DNA of 63,927 nucleotides, filler included, from Welwitschia mirabilis (Eukaryota), in assembly GCA_051453625.1 (NCBI GenBank). It is 8 parts of one record of this genome, joined end to end, with 100 filler letters (N's around TTAATTAATTAA, not from the genome) between each part and the next. Parts side by side here need not be neighbours in the genome. Positions count along the whole stretch, not along the records: positions 37,685 to 49,899 come from JBOZIK010000001.1; positions 50,000 to 52,861 come from JBOZIK010000001.1; 6 more parts are not named here. One strand, 5' to 3'. The stretch's first letter is position 1. Each line of letters opens with the position of its first letter. Both the position numbers and the translations under genes were made by a program. Below, in pieces: positions 38,241-50,649 of the stretch. The notes below the pieces were generated by a model. That model saw only the letters and a list, made by a program, of their open reading frames with translations. It ran no database searches and had not been told where the DNA came from.

Positions 38241-39282
38241 GGGGCAAACTTGTGAAACGTTGACTTACAACCAACGTTGGGAAGACAGTTTGGACAAGGA
38301 CATGACATTCAAACTTAGGCAAACTCAGCAAACCCAATGCAAACTTGGGAAGCCCAAAAGAGTTTGAATTAACACGCATTTTAAGTATTTTAATGGCTTT
38401 AAACAGAGTAATAAACACAAACGAAGTAACAGACTCACTATTTGACCAAAACAAGGAAAAACTAACAAAGTTAAAAACATTAACGAGCAATAACAATCTA
38501 ACATGCAATAACACAATTGGAACTATAATATTCAAACAAAACTAGCATTAATAAAAACAAGCTACACAATTAAAGACAAAAGGATAAAAAAAGAAAAAAG
38601 ACGAAAAGCTAGATATAAAAACAAGCAACATAGTTACAATCTCTCTGCTCTCTCAATGCATTAAAAATAGTTGAAAATTTTGAATCAAAAGATAGCTATG
38701 ATTAGCCTAGACTGTCAAACAAAAATGAACTTTCAAAATAAACAAGCAGCAACCAAAACCTAATTGAACTTGTAAATCTGTAAAAGTGTAGTAAGAAATA
38801 GGCCACAATAGACTGAAGACAAAGTTGCAATGTCAAAAAGATAAACGGCAAAAAAGAAAAAGAGGGCCATGCCTCTACAAGAGTTGGGTTTGTTGTTGTT
38901 GTTTGCCTCTGATTTTTTTTTTGAAAAGTTAGATATGAGTTTGGCAAGTCTCACTTTTATACATGTATAGGATTTGTCTTTAAAGCAAAAACTATCTTTT
39001 CTAAAAAGAAGGATCTTTTTTCCCTTAATATAGAAAGTTTCTTTTTAAAACAATTGTTCTTTTACTTAATTTTTTTTGGAAAAATAAATTCTAAGATGAG
39101 TTTAGGAGTCTTAGGCTTGCTAGACTGTCTAATCTTGCTGAGTTTGGCAACTCCAGCAAATCCAACAAGTCTAAGACTTCCAAACTTGTTTTTGTGAGTT
39201 TGGTGCTTTAGACTCAGATGGCATGTTCAACTTGGGGCTTGCCCAAACTCACCATAAGCCCGACAAGTCTAACAACAATGGT
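38241..39282. mobile_element. ~1-kb non-coding insertion with imperfect TIRs and AAACTC/GAGTTT subterminal motifs (hAT-MITE-like)
   Basis: Separates contiguous RT codons IPR and xDTLD; CCAACGTTGGGAAGAC (38271) vs GTCTAACAACAATGG (ending 39281); no TSD recovered. Confidence 0.55.
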
Positions 39283-39337
39283 TCTAGGAATAGCAAACTA
39301 ATATCTTACTATTATTTTATTAATGGCCCTCGCATCC

Positions 39338-42300
39338 ATGCAATAGAGGAAAAGCAAAATGCAAACATCGACACACCAGATTTATGTGGAAAACCCCAAG
39401 GTGGGGAAAAACGACGGAAGCAATGCAGATCTCTCTATTAAAATGAAAAAGGGCAAGGACACAAGCTATCCTCAATAGCCAAGCTTGCAACTCTTGACTC
39501 CCACACACCTTATAGCATTCCATGCCTCTACTCTCTTTATATAGATTTTCTTTTAGGGACGAAACCCTAACCCTAACTTTTAGAACTTNNNNNNNNNNNN
39601 NNNNNNNNNNNNNNNNNNNNNNNNNNNNNNNNNNNNNNNNNNNNNNNNNNNNNNNNNNNNNNNNNNNNNNNNNNNNNNNNNNNNNNNNATGTATCCATAG
39701 GTTGTTCCTCCTCTACCTGTTCTTCATCTGAAGACATTTCATTATTGTCTGAAATTCCAATTTCACGAGTCTCCTCTTCTTGCTCCTCCTCTTGCTCTTC
39801 ATCTGATTCATCCTTTACCTTACAAGACTGATGTGGGGAGATAGAATTGTTCTCTCCTTGGTTTTTATCCTGTAAACTGTCCATGTTCTCTAAATCTGAC
39901 ATCTCGTGTCCTCACAATCCGGTTGGCCTAGGATTCCATAGTCTATAGTCTAGAGCCTCCTCTTCATAGCCAACAAACATGCATTGTTTGGTTCTTTCCT
40001 GCAATTTAGTTCTATTTTCCTTTTGGATATGCATATAAGCTTCGCATCCAAAAACTCTTAAATGCTGTTATGAAATATTTTTACCTTTCCATAGGATTTC
40101 TGGAACACCATTGAGAGAGGAATGAGGTGATCTATTCACCAACTAAGCAGCTATCACCACTGCTTTTGCCCAAAAAGATTTGGACAAACTTGCATCTGCA
40201 ACCATGGATCTGGCTCGTTTTAGCAGTGTCCTATTGTATCTTTCAACAATTCCATTTTCTTGCAGTGTGCCTGGAGGAATATGAATGTGACGAATTCCCT
40301 TGCTATTACAAAACTTTGCAAAAGCCTGGAGGTATACTCCCCTTCATTATCAGTAAGCAATCATTTCAACCTTAAACCTATTTGTGTTTCAACCCTAGAA
40401 ACAAATATTTTAAATATCCCTAGGACTTCATCTTTAGATTTCAATATGTACCATCCAAACCTTCTGTATATAATCATCAATGAACATCACAAAATATAAA
40501 GAGCCGCCAAGAGAAACAGAATTCATAGGCCTACAAACATCAGAATAGACTAATTCCAATTTGTTTTTCTTTCTGTTATCCAAGTCTCTATGAAAATTAA
40601 CTCTTTTAGATTTTCCAACTAAACAATCTTTACAAAAGTTTGTTGGAGTATGAAAAAAGGCAGGAATAAGAGATTGGGACTACAATACCTTTAAACCAAA
40701 GTTACCAATATGTCCAAGACGTCTCTGTCAAACATCAACATCCTGTATATTTGAAACTGTAGCAACTACACCATAAGCATTTGCTTCTAATGTGTACATG
40801 CTATCCTCCTTTTTGCCTAGCAAAATTGTCATAATCCTTTTAATAATTCTCTAATAGCCTCCACTACTAGAAAAATTCAAGCTTAGATCATTCAACTGTG
40901 TGACAAAGATCAACTTCTTTGTCACCTCTGGAACATGCCAAACATTATTGATGCTAGCTTTCGGCATCCCTAGTTGCTGTGAAAGAATGCTGCCTATTCC
41001 AACAACTGTCAATGGTTCCCCATTCGCAGCATATACAACACTAGACGAAACAACACAATATGACATAAAGATAGAACGATCAGGCAAATATGAAAGGAGG
41101 CACCTATGTCAATAAACAACATGTCCTTGCCGTGTTCCTCTGTTAGGAAGGCATAAGGTTTAGAAAGAAGGAAACTAACATCTTCTTCAGCTTGATTCAC
41201 CTGAGAAGAGGACTCTTCTATTTTTCCCCTTTCGGTCTTCTCCCTTTGTTTTGCTTTCCATGCATAGCAGTTCTTTTGTCTATGACCCTTTTTCTTGCAA
41301 AACTAGCATTCCATACTCTTGGTACGAGCCACACATATGCTCTTATATCTGCCTTTGCTATGATTACGTTTTTGGTTCCTGCCTTTATTTTTAGCCATAA
41401 AGGCTGTCGACGCTTTATTCCACATGCCCTCAGAATCCTGAAGTGCAGAAACAACCTGTTCAAAGGTCATAAAAGTAATATTCATGGACGTGGTGATTGA
41501 AGTTCCTACTGCTGACTATGAATCTGACAGGGAATCCAAAAGAGCATAAGATTTCACTAAATCCGGAATAATAATTTTGTATTCCTCTAACTTAACTAGA
41601 TTACCCATCATCTCATCTAAGTGATCTTGCAAATGGACGTCATGTTTTTTCTTCACTTTGAAAACCTTTTGATAAATATGAAAAGTATTTAAACCAGAAG
41701 CTTTATCAAATCTGTTTTTCAAAGTCTGTCAGAGATTATGAGGCTCCATATCTTATTTGATAGACTGCAGAATGCCATTACTCAGACATGGATGGATGTA
41801 GAATAGAGCCTTAGACTTCATCTTCATCTAGTCATCATCTTGTATGAAAGTAGGTTTTGTTGATTCGAGGGCTTCTACATAATCCTTCTGTGCCAAGATA
41901 GCCCTCATTAGAACAGACCAGACATTCCAATTTCGTCCATTGAGCTTGTATGTTGTTTGCAACCTCTTCATTATCAACACGAAAAGAATAGGTACTTAGG
42001 TGTAGAATGACGACCGCCCCCAGAAATTCGAATGCAAAGTACTTCGAACCCACTCTGATACCAGTTGTTAGAAAAATGTAGCAGAGCAAAAGCAAAATGC
42101 AAACATCCACACACCAGTGTGGGGAAAAACCACAGAAGCAATGCAGAGCTCTTTATTAGAATGAAAAGGGCAAGGACACAAGCCGTCCTTAATAGCCAAT
42201 ATTACAACTCTTGACTCCCACACACCTTATATAGCATTTCATGCCTATACTCTCTTTATATAGATTTTCTTTTAGGGTAGAAACCCTAACCCTAACTTTT

Positions 42301-42440
42301 AGAACTTTCTAAATGACCCCATTAGACTTCCCTTCTCCTTTTAATATTAAATTACAATAAGAAGAGGACTATATAATAATATATAAGGTCAAACTACAAA
42401 GGAATAACTAACATCAAGAGATTTGGCTTCACTTCCAACA
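39338..42440 (-). mobile_element. Ty1/copia element, Tork/Tnt1-like: 5' LTR 42066-42440, PBS, gag, protease, integrase, 3' LTR 39338-39588+; RT/RH not visible
   Basis: Near-identical LTR pair; PBS TGGTATCAGAG (42053-42063, minus); ALLDSLSDS; FIDIGASFHIC; NVWHVPEVTKKL; RRLGHIG; HLRVFGCEAYMHI; CMFVGYEE. Confidence 0.9.
42066..42440 (-). repeat. 5' LTR of the Tork-like Copia element
   Basis: TGTTGGAAG...CTAACA on the minus strand; matches 39338-39588 and 49792-49899. Confidence 0.9.
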
Positions 42441-43179
42441 ATAAGCTTTCTTGAATGATCTTCTTATCTAATAATTCTTGAACTTGTCTTGCAACTTCTT
42501 CCCTCTCCATAAATGACATTCTATAAACTGGATTATTTGGTAAAGAAGCCCCTAGAATCAAATCAATTTGGTGGTCTATCCCCTCGAAGAAGTTAACTCT
42601 TCAACAAGAATGTCTCCAAAATTTTGTAACAAAGCACAAACCTCTTGTGGCATTGGTTCCTCTTGCGTAGGTTGACTTGTACTAGACTACACTACAATGG
42701 TCATTCCAAAAGTTTCCTTGATTTCTTGCATGCTCTCTCTCATGATACACAAATTAATCTTGTTTATCTTTCTTAGAAAGTTTACAAACAGAAGGACACA
42801 AATTATAAACTTCCCCATCTTTTCTAATGTTGCAAGTGTTCTTGACCCCAACATAAGCACATTGTCTATCCTACATCCAAGGTCGATTTAGCAAGAGATG
42901 AGAAGCATCCATTTAAACAACACGACACCTTTCTACATCAACATAATTATGGATTTTAAATTCCATATCAAATTATTCATTCACTGAAGCATGTTTTCCA
43001 TCTTGAAACCAAAAAACATGATATAGAGAAAGGGATGCTATAGTAGGCAATTGCAACTATTCAATTACTAAAGAAGAAACAAGATTAAAACTTCCACTAT
43101 CTACTACCATAAAGATTTATTTTCTACTTAACAATTAGCAAAATTTTTAAACAAGTTGTTGATGTAAATTTCTTTCCCT

Positions 43180-46100
43180 AGACTACAGAAGGACAACAAC
43201 ATTTGCTTTCCAAGGGGAGCTGACCTGGACTTGTTTGAGAACGTTGTTGGAATTTGGAAATTAGGTACCCCAAGTTAGAGCCCCCAAGGTATAGAGTAAT
43301 TGGGGACAATGTAAAGCTCAAGGCAAAGCCTAGTGGGAAGCCTCGCAAAAATAAAGGATTAAGCAAAGAAGCGAAAAGTGTGAAGGGTAAGAAATGGAGG
43401 AGGACTTCCAAAGCAAGGACATATGCTCTAGGTTACTTCAAGGCATCCACAATAGGGAAGGTGAAGTAAGTCTTGTGGTATGGGAATAAAAGATCCAAAT
43501 GGATCTCCTCTCAAGGCTAGGATAGGGGCCAAGTTCCCTAAAGAAAGAAGATTACACCCTACAAATGACTTCTGCCACAACCAAAAAGGGAAAGCCCATT
43601 TCTCTCAAGCAAAGAGGGTTACCTTAGACAAGGTCTTCCTCACTACTAACTCTGAGGTGCCTACAAATGGTAAGTTCTAGATTATAGGAGAAAAACAACA
43701 CTTTATTCTTATTCAGAAACAATTTAATTGTGGAACTATGCTCTCTTCTGAAAGAAGGAAGTAGAAGAGTATATAGAGGGTCCTTCCTTACCTTGAAGAG
43801 GGAGACAATCAAAAGAAAAAAAAAAGAACAAAAGAGAAAGGGAAGAGATTCTTTAATAATTTCAAGAAGAATAGTAGATGGTTCTCAAGAGAATGCAAAC
43901 CTAAGGAAATAGAGTTGTTAGTCCATCTTATTATAGAATCCTTCGTCAAGAAGATACACTTTTGCTTAACTTTGGCTCAGAAGACTGCTGCTAATAGAGA
44001 TTGAGGCTACTATTTTAGCATTGAAGAGAAGTCTCTAGTCAAAACAGAGAATAACATTACTTGACTAAAGAGCAGTAGGAATGAGGGGGAGTTGGAAAGG
44101 GATCAACGAACAAAGAGATGACCCCCAAAACATGAAGGCCTAGAAGCAGCAAGGGAAAAAAACACATCTCTAGACAAAGAGTAGAGAAGCAAAAGTGATA
44201 TTAGAAGAAAGGGGAGGGAACATCATGGTGCAAGGCTCAAATAACACATGGACATCATCTTCCAACTAGCTATAGGTCAATGATGGTGAAACTCCTTGAA
44301 AACAACAACAAAGCACTAGGACATTTCAATTGACCCCTAATGATGCTAGAGGTGGTCATCCCATTAGAACAATAGTCACCTCCTTAGCCATTAGGCTCGT
44401 ACTACCCTCGTGGTGTAATAACACAGGGGGGCTCACTTGATTGTGATGCATCCCAAAGGTTTGATGCAACCCTGAGACTCTTTCGGATCCAGCAATAGAG
44501 GAAGAGCTTAATACAAATAACAATAGGGAGGAAGAGGGAAGAAAAGTGGGAAAAGGGGGAAAAGGGAAGCAGAGTGGGAAAAGACTTAAGAGACAAGGAA
44601 AGAAGAGCATACAAGGAGATTGACCTCAATAGAAGCAGGAGGAATATAGGCTAGTGGAGGATTGTTAAAGAAAAGATGTCAGACTAGTTCCAAGGGATAA
44701 CGGCTAAGTTTGATGGGGGTGGCTAAGAGATTGGGTGGGTGAAGGTATGGAGAAAGAGGAAGGATGGCAAGGGAAGGGAGAAGGATAGGGGAAACACACA
44801 GAACAAATTTTTTTGAAACAACAACTGATTCTTTGGGTTTAGGAGGAGGCTTCTGCTTGCGAGGACTCTAAATCTGTTCACAATCATTGAAGAGAGATCT
44901 CTAAATTTGATAACTATCTGAAGAGAAAATGTCTTACATGCGAATGCAGTCTGAATGAGGTAGAAGATGAGGAAGAAGGGATGGGTCTTCCACAACTTGG
45001 GCATGGGATTCTAAGAAAGGGGACTGGCTTCCATGCCTTGGACATCAAACAAATGGAGGAGAGGATAAGGAACAGATAAGAGAGAGAAAGAGAAGGGAGA
45101 CAAAATGGAAAAGGTGAGAACAAATGAAGAGATGATGGAAAAGGAGGAGTTCAGACTAAATCTCTTCTAGAGGAGGGATGAAGATGAATATCTAACTATC
45201 TAGGCCATGACCTATCAGGGGTTTGAGAGAGGGACTCAGCTAAGGAAGATACTTATCTAATGCCCGAAGCAGGTCCTACAGGTGGCAAACAGCAAAGAGA
45301 GAGAGTGGTGATCTATCTGCCATGCACTACCCATGGAATTCTAAGAGGAAACCCCATGGGAAAGGATTGGATCGACAAGCTACGAAGGGTGTAAGAGAGG
45401 TAAGGATGAGGAAAAGAAGGGTGATAAAATGNNNNNNNNNNNNNNNNNNNNNNNNNNNNNNNNNNNNNNNNNNNNNNNNNNNNNNNNNNNNNNNNNNNNN
45501 NNNNNNNNNNNNNNNNNNNNNNNNNNNNNNNNNNNNNNNNNNNNNNNNNNNNNNNNNNNNNNNNNNNNNNNNNNNNNNNNNNNNNNNNNNNNNNNNNNNN
45601 NNNNNNNNNNNNNNNNNNNNNNNNNNNNNNNNNNNNNNNNNNNNNNNNNNNNNNNNNNNNNNNNNNNNNNNNNNNNNNNNNNNNNNNNNNNNNNNNNNNN
45701 NNNNNNNNNNNNNNNNNNNNNNNNNNNNNNNNNNNNNNNNNNNNNNNNNNNNNNNNNNNNNNNNNNNNNNNNNNNNNNNNNNNNNNNNNNNNNNNNNNNN
45801 NNNNNNNNNNNNNNNNNNNNNNNNNNNNNNNNNNNNNNNNNNNNNNNNNNNNNNNNNNNNNNNNNNNNNNNNNNNNNNNNNNNNNNNNNNNNNNNNNNNN
45901 NNNNNNNNNNNNNNNNNNNNNNNNNNNNNNNNNNNNNNNNNNNNNNNNNNNNNNNNNNNNNNNNNNNNNNNNNNNNNNNNNNNNNNNNNNNNNNNNNNNN
46001 NNNNNNNNNNNNNNNNNNNNNNNNNNNNNNNNNNNNNNNNNNNNNNNNNNNNNNNNNNNNNNNNNNNNNNNNNNNNNNNNNNNNNNGTGAATAAGAGAGA

Positions 46101-49100
46101 AAGAAGGGGGTTCTCAGCTAAAAAAGAAGGTAAGCCATTGAGAGGAGATCTAAGAGCTTAGAGGCATGACGTGGGAACCACAAGGAAGGATCTCTGCCTA
46201 GGAAGACAACCTAGCCTACTAAAGGTTGAGATAACAGAAGGTCAAGAGAGAAACACTCTAGAACAAGTTCCTAGGCTGAAGAGAGACAACATAAGGTCAG
46301 AGGAAAGTAGGAGAGGGCCTCTTCGATGCCCTAGGCGTGAAAGGGTGAATGGGACCTTAGGTGTGGGAGTAGGAAAGGGCTAGACTAAATCACTCTTTCT
46401 GGCTTTCTTTCCAAAGGGGAAGCTCAGAAGAATGGTGGACTTAGGATGTGAGGATGGGATGAAGCAGAAAAGGGGAAGAAAGAATGAAACACAGAAAAAG
46501 GGGTTCCCCAGCTAATGAGGGTTGTGTTGGGGAACAGCGCTTGCCCACCACCAATCATCCTCTAAAGGTATGGCAAAAGTCATCAAAAAAAGGTTGGCCA
46601 CTAGTTGCCTTAATCGACAGAAAAAGTAGACAAGACTCAAAAATAGTCAGCTTTCATTAAGTCGAGGCTACTAGTCGCCCATGAGGCTACTAATCGCCTC
46701 CTTTTTAATCACTAGTCATGAGGCATAGGAAGGAAGGAAGAGGAGGAGGGAAATGGGTTACAAACTCCTTAAACAGGGTTAAGAGGCTAACAGGGAGGAA
46801 ATTTGTACATTAAACATAAATTTATCACGAGATGAGAGAGAAAAGAGGAGAGGATGAGACATCACATAAGTATAATCAGCTTCAAGTACAAAAGGTGCCA
46901 TTTTGAAAATATTCTCCAATATGGTCAAATCACCATCAATCACTGTCATGTCAAATCATGCTTTTAGGAAGGTGGCACACAATCCAATAAAAAGTTCCTA
47001 GGTATTCTCAAAAGCCTTTTTTGTAAAAAGGGGACCAAACTTCTTTTCTTTACTTTACATTTGAACTTTTTTACTTTTCTTTACTTTACACTAGGTGTTA
47101 CAAGAGAATCATCCTTCTCCTTCTATTTCCGTTTTGAGTTTTCCCCCTTTCATTCTTTGAGTCTCAAAATAGAAAAGGAACTATCTTGGTGGAGTCTTGT
47201 TGCTCTTAAAAGAAATTTAGAATGAACCCCACCCTCACCCACCTTATGAAATGGGTGACAGGTTGTCATCTAAGAAAAGGGGAATTAGGAAGGATGGCAT
47301 GATAGATTATTATTCCCTTTTTTAAAACATTAAGGATGGTGCCATCCTTGACTATACCTCTGCCAGGCTAGGTTGTATGAGTTGATCTTATTCCTAGTCT
47401 TCAAAACTCAATCACCTTTTATAAAGGATATTATAACCAACCGAGACCTTATCCAAAAGAAGAGTTGGTTTCCCTCTATCTACAGCTATGGAGAAGATGT
47501 AAGCACCATGTTTGACCTCGCTTGCCGAGAAAGTAGCAGTAGTCACACACTCCACTTGTCTGCAAGCAAGAACCCTCTCTCCCTTATAGAAGAGTCGAGG
47601 ATTCTAAAAGTCTCAGCTGAAACATTCAAGAGTGACAAGTCGATCCTAGCATACCTTCAAAGAGTCTATAAGATCAATCTGCATGTTTGCCTCTTCTAGG
47701 GTACTCCTTTTGTACAAGGGTACCCACAACCCTCAAGTTACATTTGAGTTTGGGTGGGAGGTGGTGAGAAGTGGTATGAAGTATGCATGGGTGGAGTTCA
47801 TTAGGTACAAAGTAGCAAGCTTCCTCGCCCGTTGCTAGAGAAATGACAAAGTGGGATGCATAGCTTCCTTCTACATTCAAGCTTTAAGGGTGTGGTCAAC
47901 TAGCAGGATTCAGAATGAGGATGTCTTATCCGTTCCAAGAGATGGGGAGGTAACTCCTAGGAATTCCTTATTAGGGGCAAGGTTGTACACCAAATGAGCT
48001 CGGTGTGAGAAGCTATACATCAAAACTGATGAGAGGAAGAGGAATCAGAAATGATGGAGTAGAAGATTGTAGGATACACTCAAACTTTACTCTTAAAGGA
48101 GAAGGGAACAACATCGATGAAGGCTTCTTCCTCCACGATCAAGGGAAAGGAGAAGAAGAAGGCTCTGGGTGAGGAGGACCTAGAGCTAATAAAAGACTTT
48201 TCAAGTAACAACCTTCCTTTGACTTCTTTTCTTTTGCTTTTCCTCTTACTTCATATTGTAGCATCTTCACTTCTCCTACTGGAGGATAAAGCCTTTGCTC
48301 CTTCAGACGTAGGAAGTCTCTCTCTTTCACGAGTGGCTCAAAATCAAATGAGTGAGACAATCCTAACATTTGTTTTATTTTTCTTTCCTCTCTAACATTG
48401 TATCACAAAAAAGTCTTCTTTCTTTTCAGAGGGAAAAGGGAAAACAAGGTGCCTAGGTGAAGATGATGAGCCCAAGTACCAAGAGATGCCCACACCATGC
48501 AATTAAAAATTCTCTTCTCTTGTTTAATCTTTGCTTCTTTTATTTTCCTTCTTCTAAAATGTGNNNNNNNNNNNNNNNNNNNNNNNNNNNNNNNNNNNNN
48601 NNNNNNNNNNNNNNNNNNNNNNNNNNNNNNNNNNNNNNNNNNNNNNNNNNNNNNNNNNNNNNNNNNNNNNNNNNNNNNNNNNNNNNNNNNNNNNNNNNNN
48701 NNNNNNNNNNNNNNNNNNNNNNNNNNNNNNNNNNNNNNNNNNNNNNNNNNNNNNNNNNNNNNNNNNNNNNNNNNNNNNNNNNNNNNNNNNNNNNNNNNNN
48801 NNNNNNNNNNNNNNNNNNNNNNNNNNNNNNNNNNNNNNNNNNNNNNNNNNNNNNNNNNNNNNNNNNNNNNNNNNNNNNNNNNNNNNNNNNNNNNNNNNNN
48901 NNNNNNNNNNNNNNNNNNNNNNNNNNNNNNNNNNNNNNNNNNNNNNNNNNNNNNNNNNNNNNNNNNNNNNNNNNNNNNNNNNNNNNNNNNNNNNNNNNNN
49001 NNNNNNNNNNNNNNNNNNNNNNNNNNNNNNNNNNNNNNNNNNNNNNNNNNNNNNNNNNNNNNNNNNNNNNNNNNNNNNNNNNNNNNNNNNNNNNNNNNNN

Positions 49101-49790
49101 NNNNNNNNNNNNNNNNNNNNNNNNNNNNNNNNNNNNNNNNNNNNTAAAATGTGTGGTGTCTTCCTGCAAGGAGGAAAAGCTCCCAACAAACCATGGGAAG
49201 GGAGTTGTCATCTAAAATCACCATGTATGCCTCTTTTGGTTTGTCCAATGTAAGAAAGAGATGTGTGGAGTAGATTAGACAAACTACCCAAGAGTTGGAA
49301 GAATATCGAGCTAAAATGGCTGAGCTACACCAACGAGCTGAGTCAAATGAGAGAGAAGCAAAGGCAACTTGACAGGAGACAGAGATGCGTAGAAGTGCCA
49401 CCAAAAGGGGCTCTTGCTTCTCTGAGAGTGCCACCAAAGAAAGTCCTAGAAGTCTGTTTCCTATGACTTGGAAGGAAAACTCTGAGAATCTTTATACTTC
49501 TTGTTGTGACTACGTTTGCATCATTTTTTCTCTTCCTATATGAAGAAGCTTCTCGTAGCTCCTTCTTATCATGCTTTGTCTTCAAAGGAGAGGTTCTCTC
49601 CTCTTTGTGTAGCTTCAAAGTTGTAATGGCTCACAACTTCTCTTTTTAATAAAATGCATTTTCATAGTTTCTTTCACAAACACATATGCCTTTGACTTCT
49701 AACTTCTAGCTTCAAAGTTGAGAACTTCTACCTTCGAAAGGGAGAAAGGAAAAGGAATGGCTGGTGGAAACGATTTGCAAAATGCCCAAG
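43180..49790. mobile_element. Unclassified, purine-skewed region with decayed ORF-like stretches; probably accessory/LTR region of a large gypsy element
   Basis: Abrupt composition change at the end of the CRM protease; G/A-rich plus strand; coiled-coil-like fragments (minus STLEEANMQIDLIDSLKVC near 47700; ORF 49263-49466); no core retroelement motif recognised. Confidence 0.3.
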
Positions 49791-49791
49791 T

Positions 49792-49899
49792 TGTTGGAAA
49801 TGAAGCCAAATCTCTTGATGTTATGTATTCCTTTGTAGTTTGACTTTATATATTTTTATATAGTCCCTTTCTTATTGTAATTTAATATTAAAGGGAGAA
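49792..49899 (+). repeat. Start of another LTR of the same Tork-like family, opposite orientation
   Basis: TGTTGGAAATGAAGCCAAATCTCTTGATGTTA...TTATTGTAATTTAATATTAAA is the reverse complement of about 42333-42440. Confidence 0.9.
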
Positions 49900-50649
49900 N
49901 NNNNNNNNNNNNNNNNNNNNNNNNNNNNNNNNNNNNNNNNNNNTTAATTAATTAANNNNNNNNNNNNNNNNNNNNNNNNNNNNNNNNNNNNNNNNNNNNC
50001 AAACATTTCTGACATATCTACAGTGTGCCCAGATGGTGCAGGGAGGCCGCGCTCCTCTTCACTCTCAATATACTGCAAGGGAACCCATAGCAGGGGCTTC
50101 TGCATAAGGCCCCTAATAATATATCTCCCAGTCATCTCTCCAGCATCAATCTGAAGTCTTCTTGGTAGAGGAGCCAAATCAAACCCTCATGACAAACTTT
50201 GCAAATCTCAAATGAGTGATGAAGCACGTTAGCTAAGAAAAATTCCTCAAAGTTTTGTTAATNNNNNNNNNNNNNNNNNNNNNNNNNNNNNNNNNNNNNN
50301 NNNNNNNNNNNNNNNNNATTCCCCTGGGATCTGTATGAATAGCATAACTAATGGATGTGATACCAATAAAGATGGTGGTGTTACTTATCCTTGTCAATCT
50401 ACCATTCCAGTTTCTGAAGAACTACTTTAACAAGTCTAGATCATGGCCTCTCAAGCTAAGAACATATGAACTCCATCCTGCTGCTTGAAATGCTTCCCAA
50501 GTCTATTCATGGTTAAGAAGGGTGTTATGCATGGTTGGTTTTGTATGCAACACTTTCTCCATGTCCTCTGACATAGTCCTGATTCTCTCCCGATACATTT
50601 CTGATGCTCCACTGTCACTCTAGCGCGATTTTAGTGCTCTCTGCTATAG

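Larger units (their letters stand above)
37685..43180 (-). pseudogene. pol: CRM-like protease-RT remnant split by two nested insertions
   Basis: GIDHQIDLILGASLPNNPVYRMS..EVARQVQELLDKKIIQESL (42441-42580); DARAINKIIVRY*FAIPR (39283-39337); LDSLARAFISGKINFKSGYCQIR..KTTFKT..GLY..LVMP..VVVYLDDILV (37975-38240). Confidence 0.9.

Noticed and set aside
37975..38535. 186-aa ORF suggesting a hydrophobic N-terminus fused to RT
   Set aside because: Chance read-through from the non-coding insertion into the RT remnant.
39562..42297. AAACCCTAACCCTAA telomere-like motifs
   Set aside because: Two units only, inside both copies of a Copia LTR (telo-box-like), not a telomeric array.
4882..49437. Long ORFs in the track made mostly of X
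   Set aside because: They are translations of N gaps.
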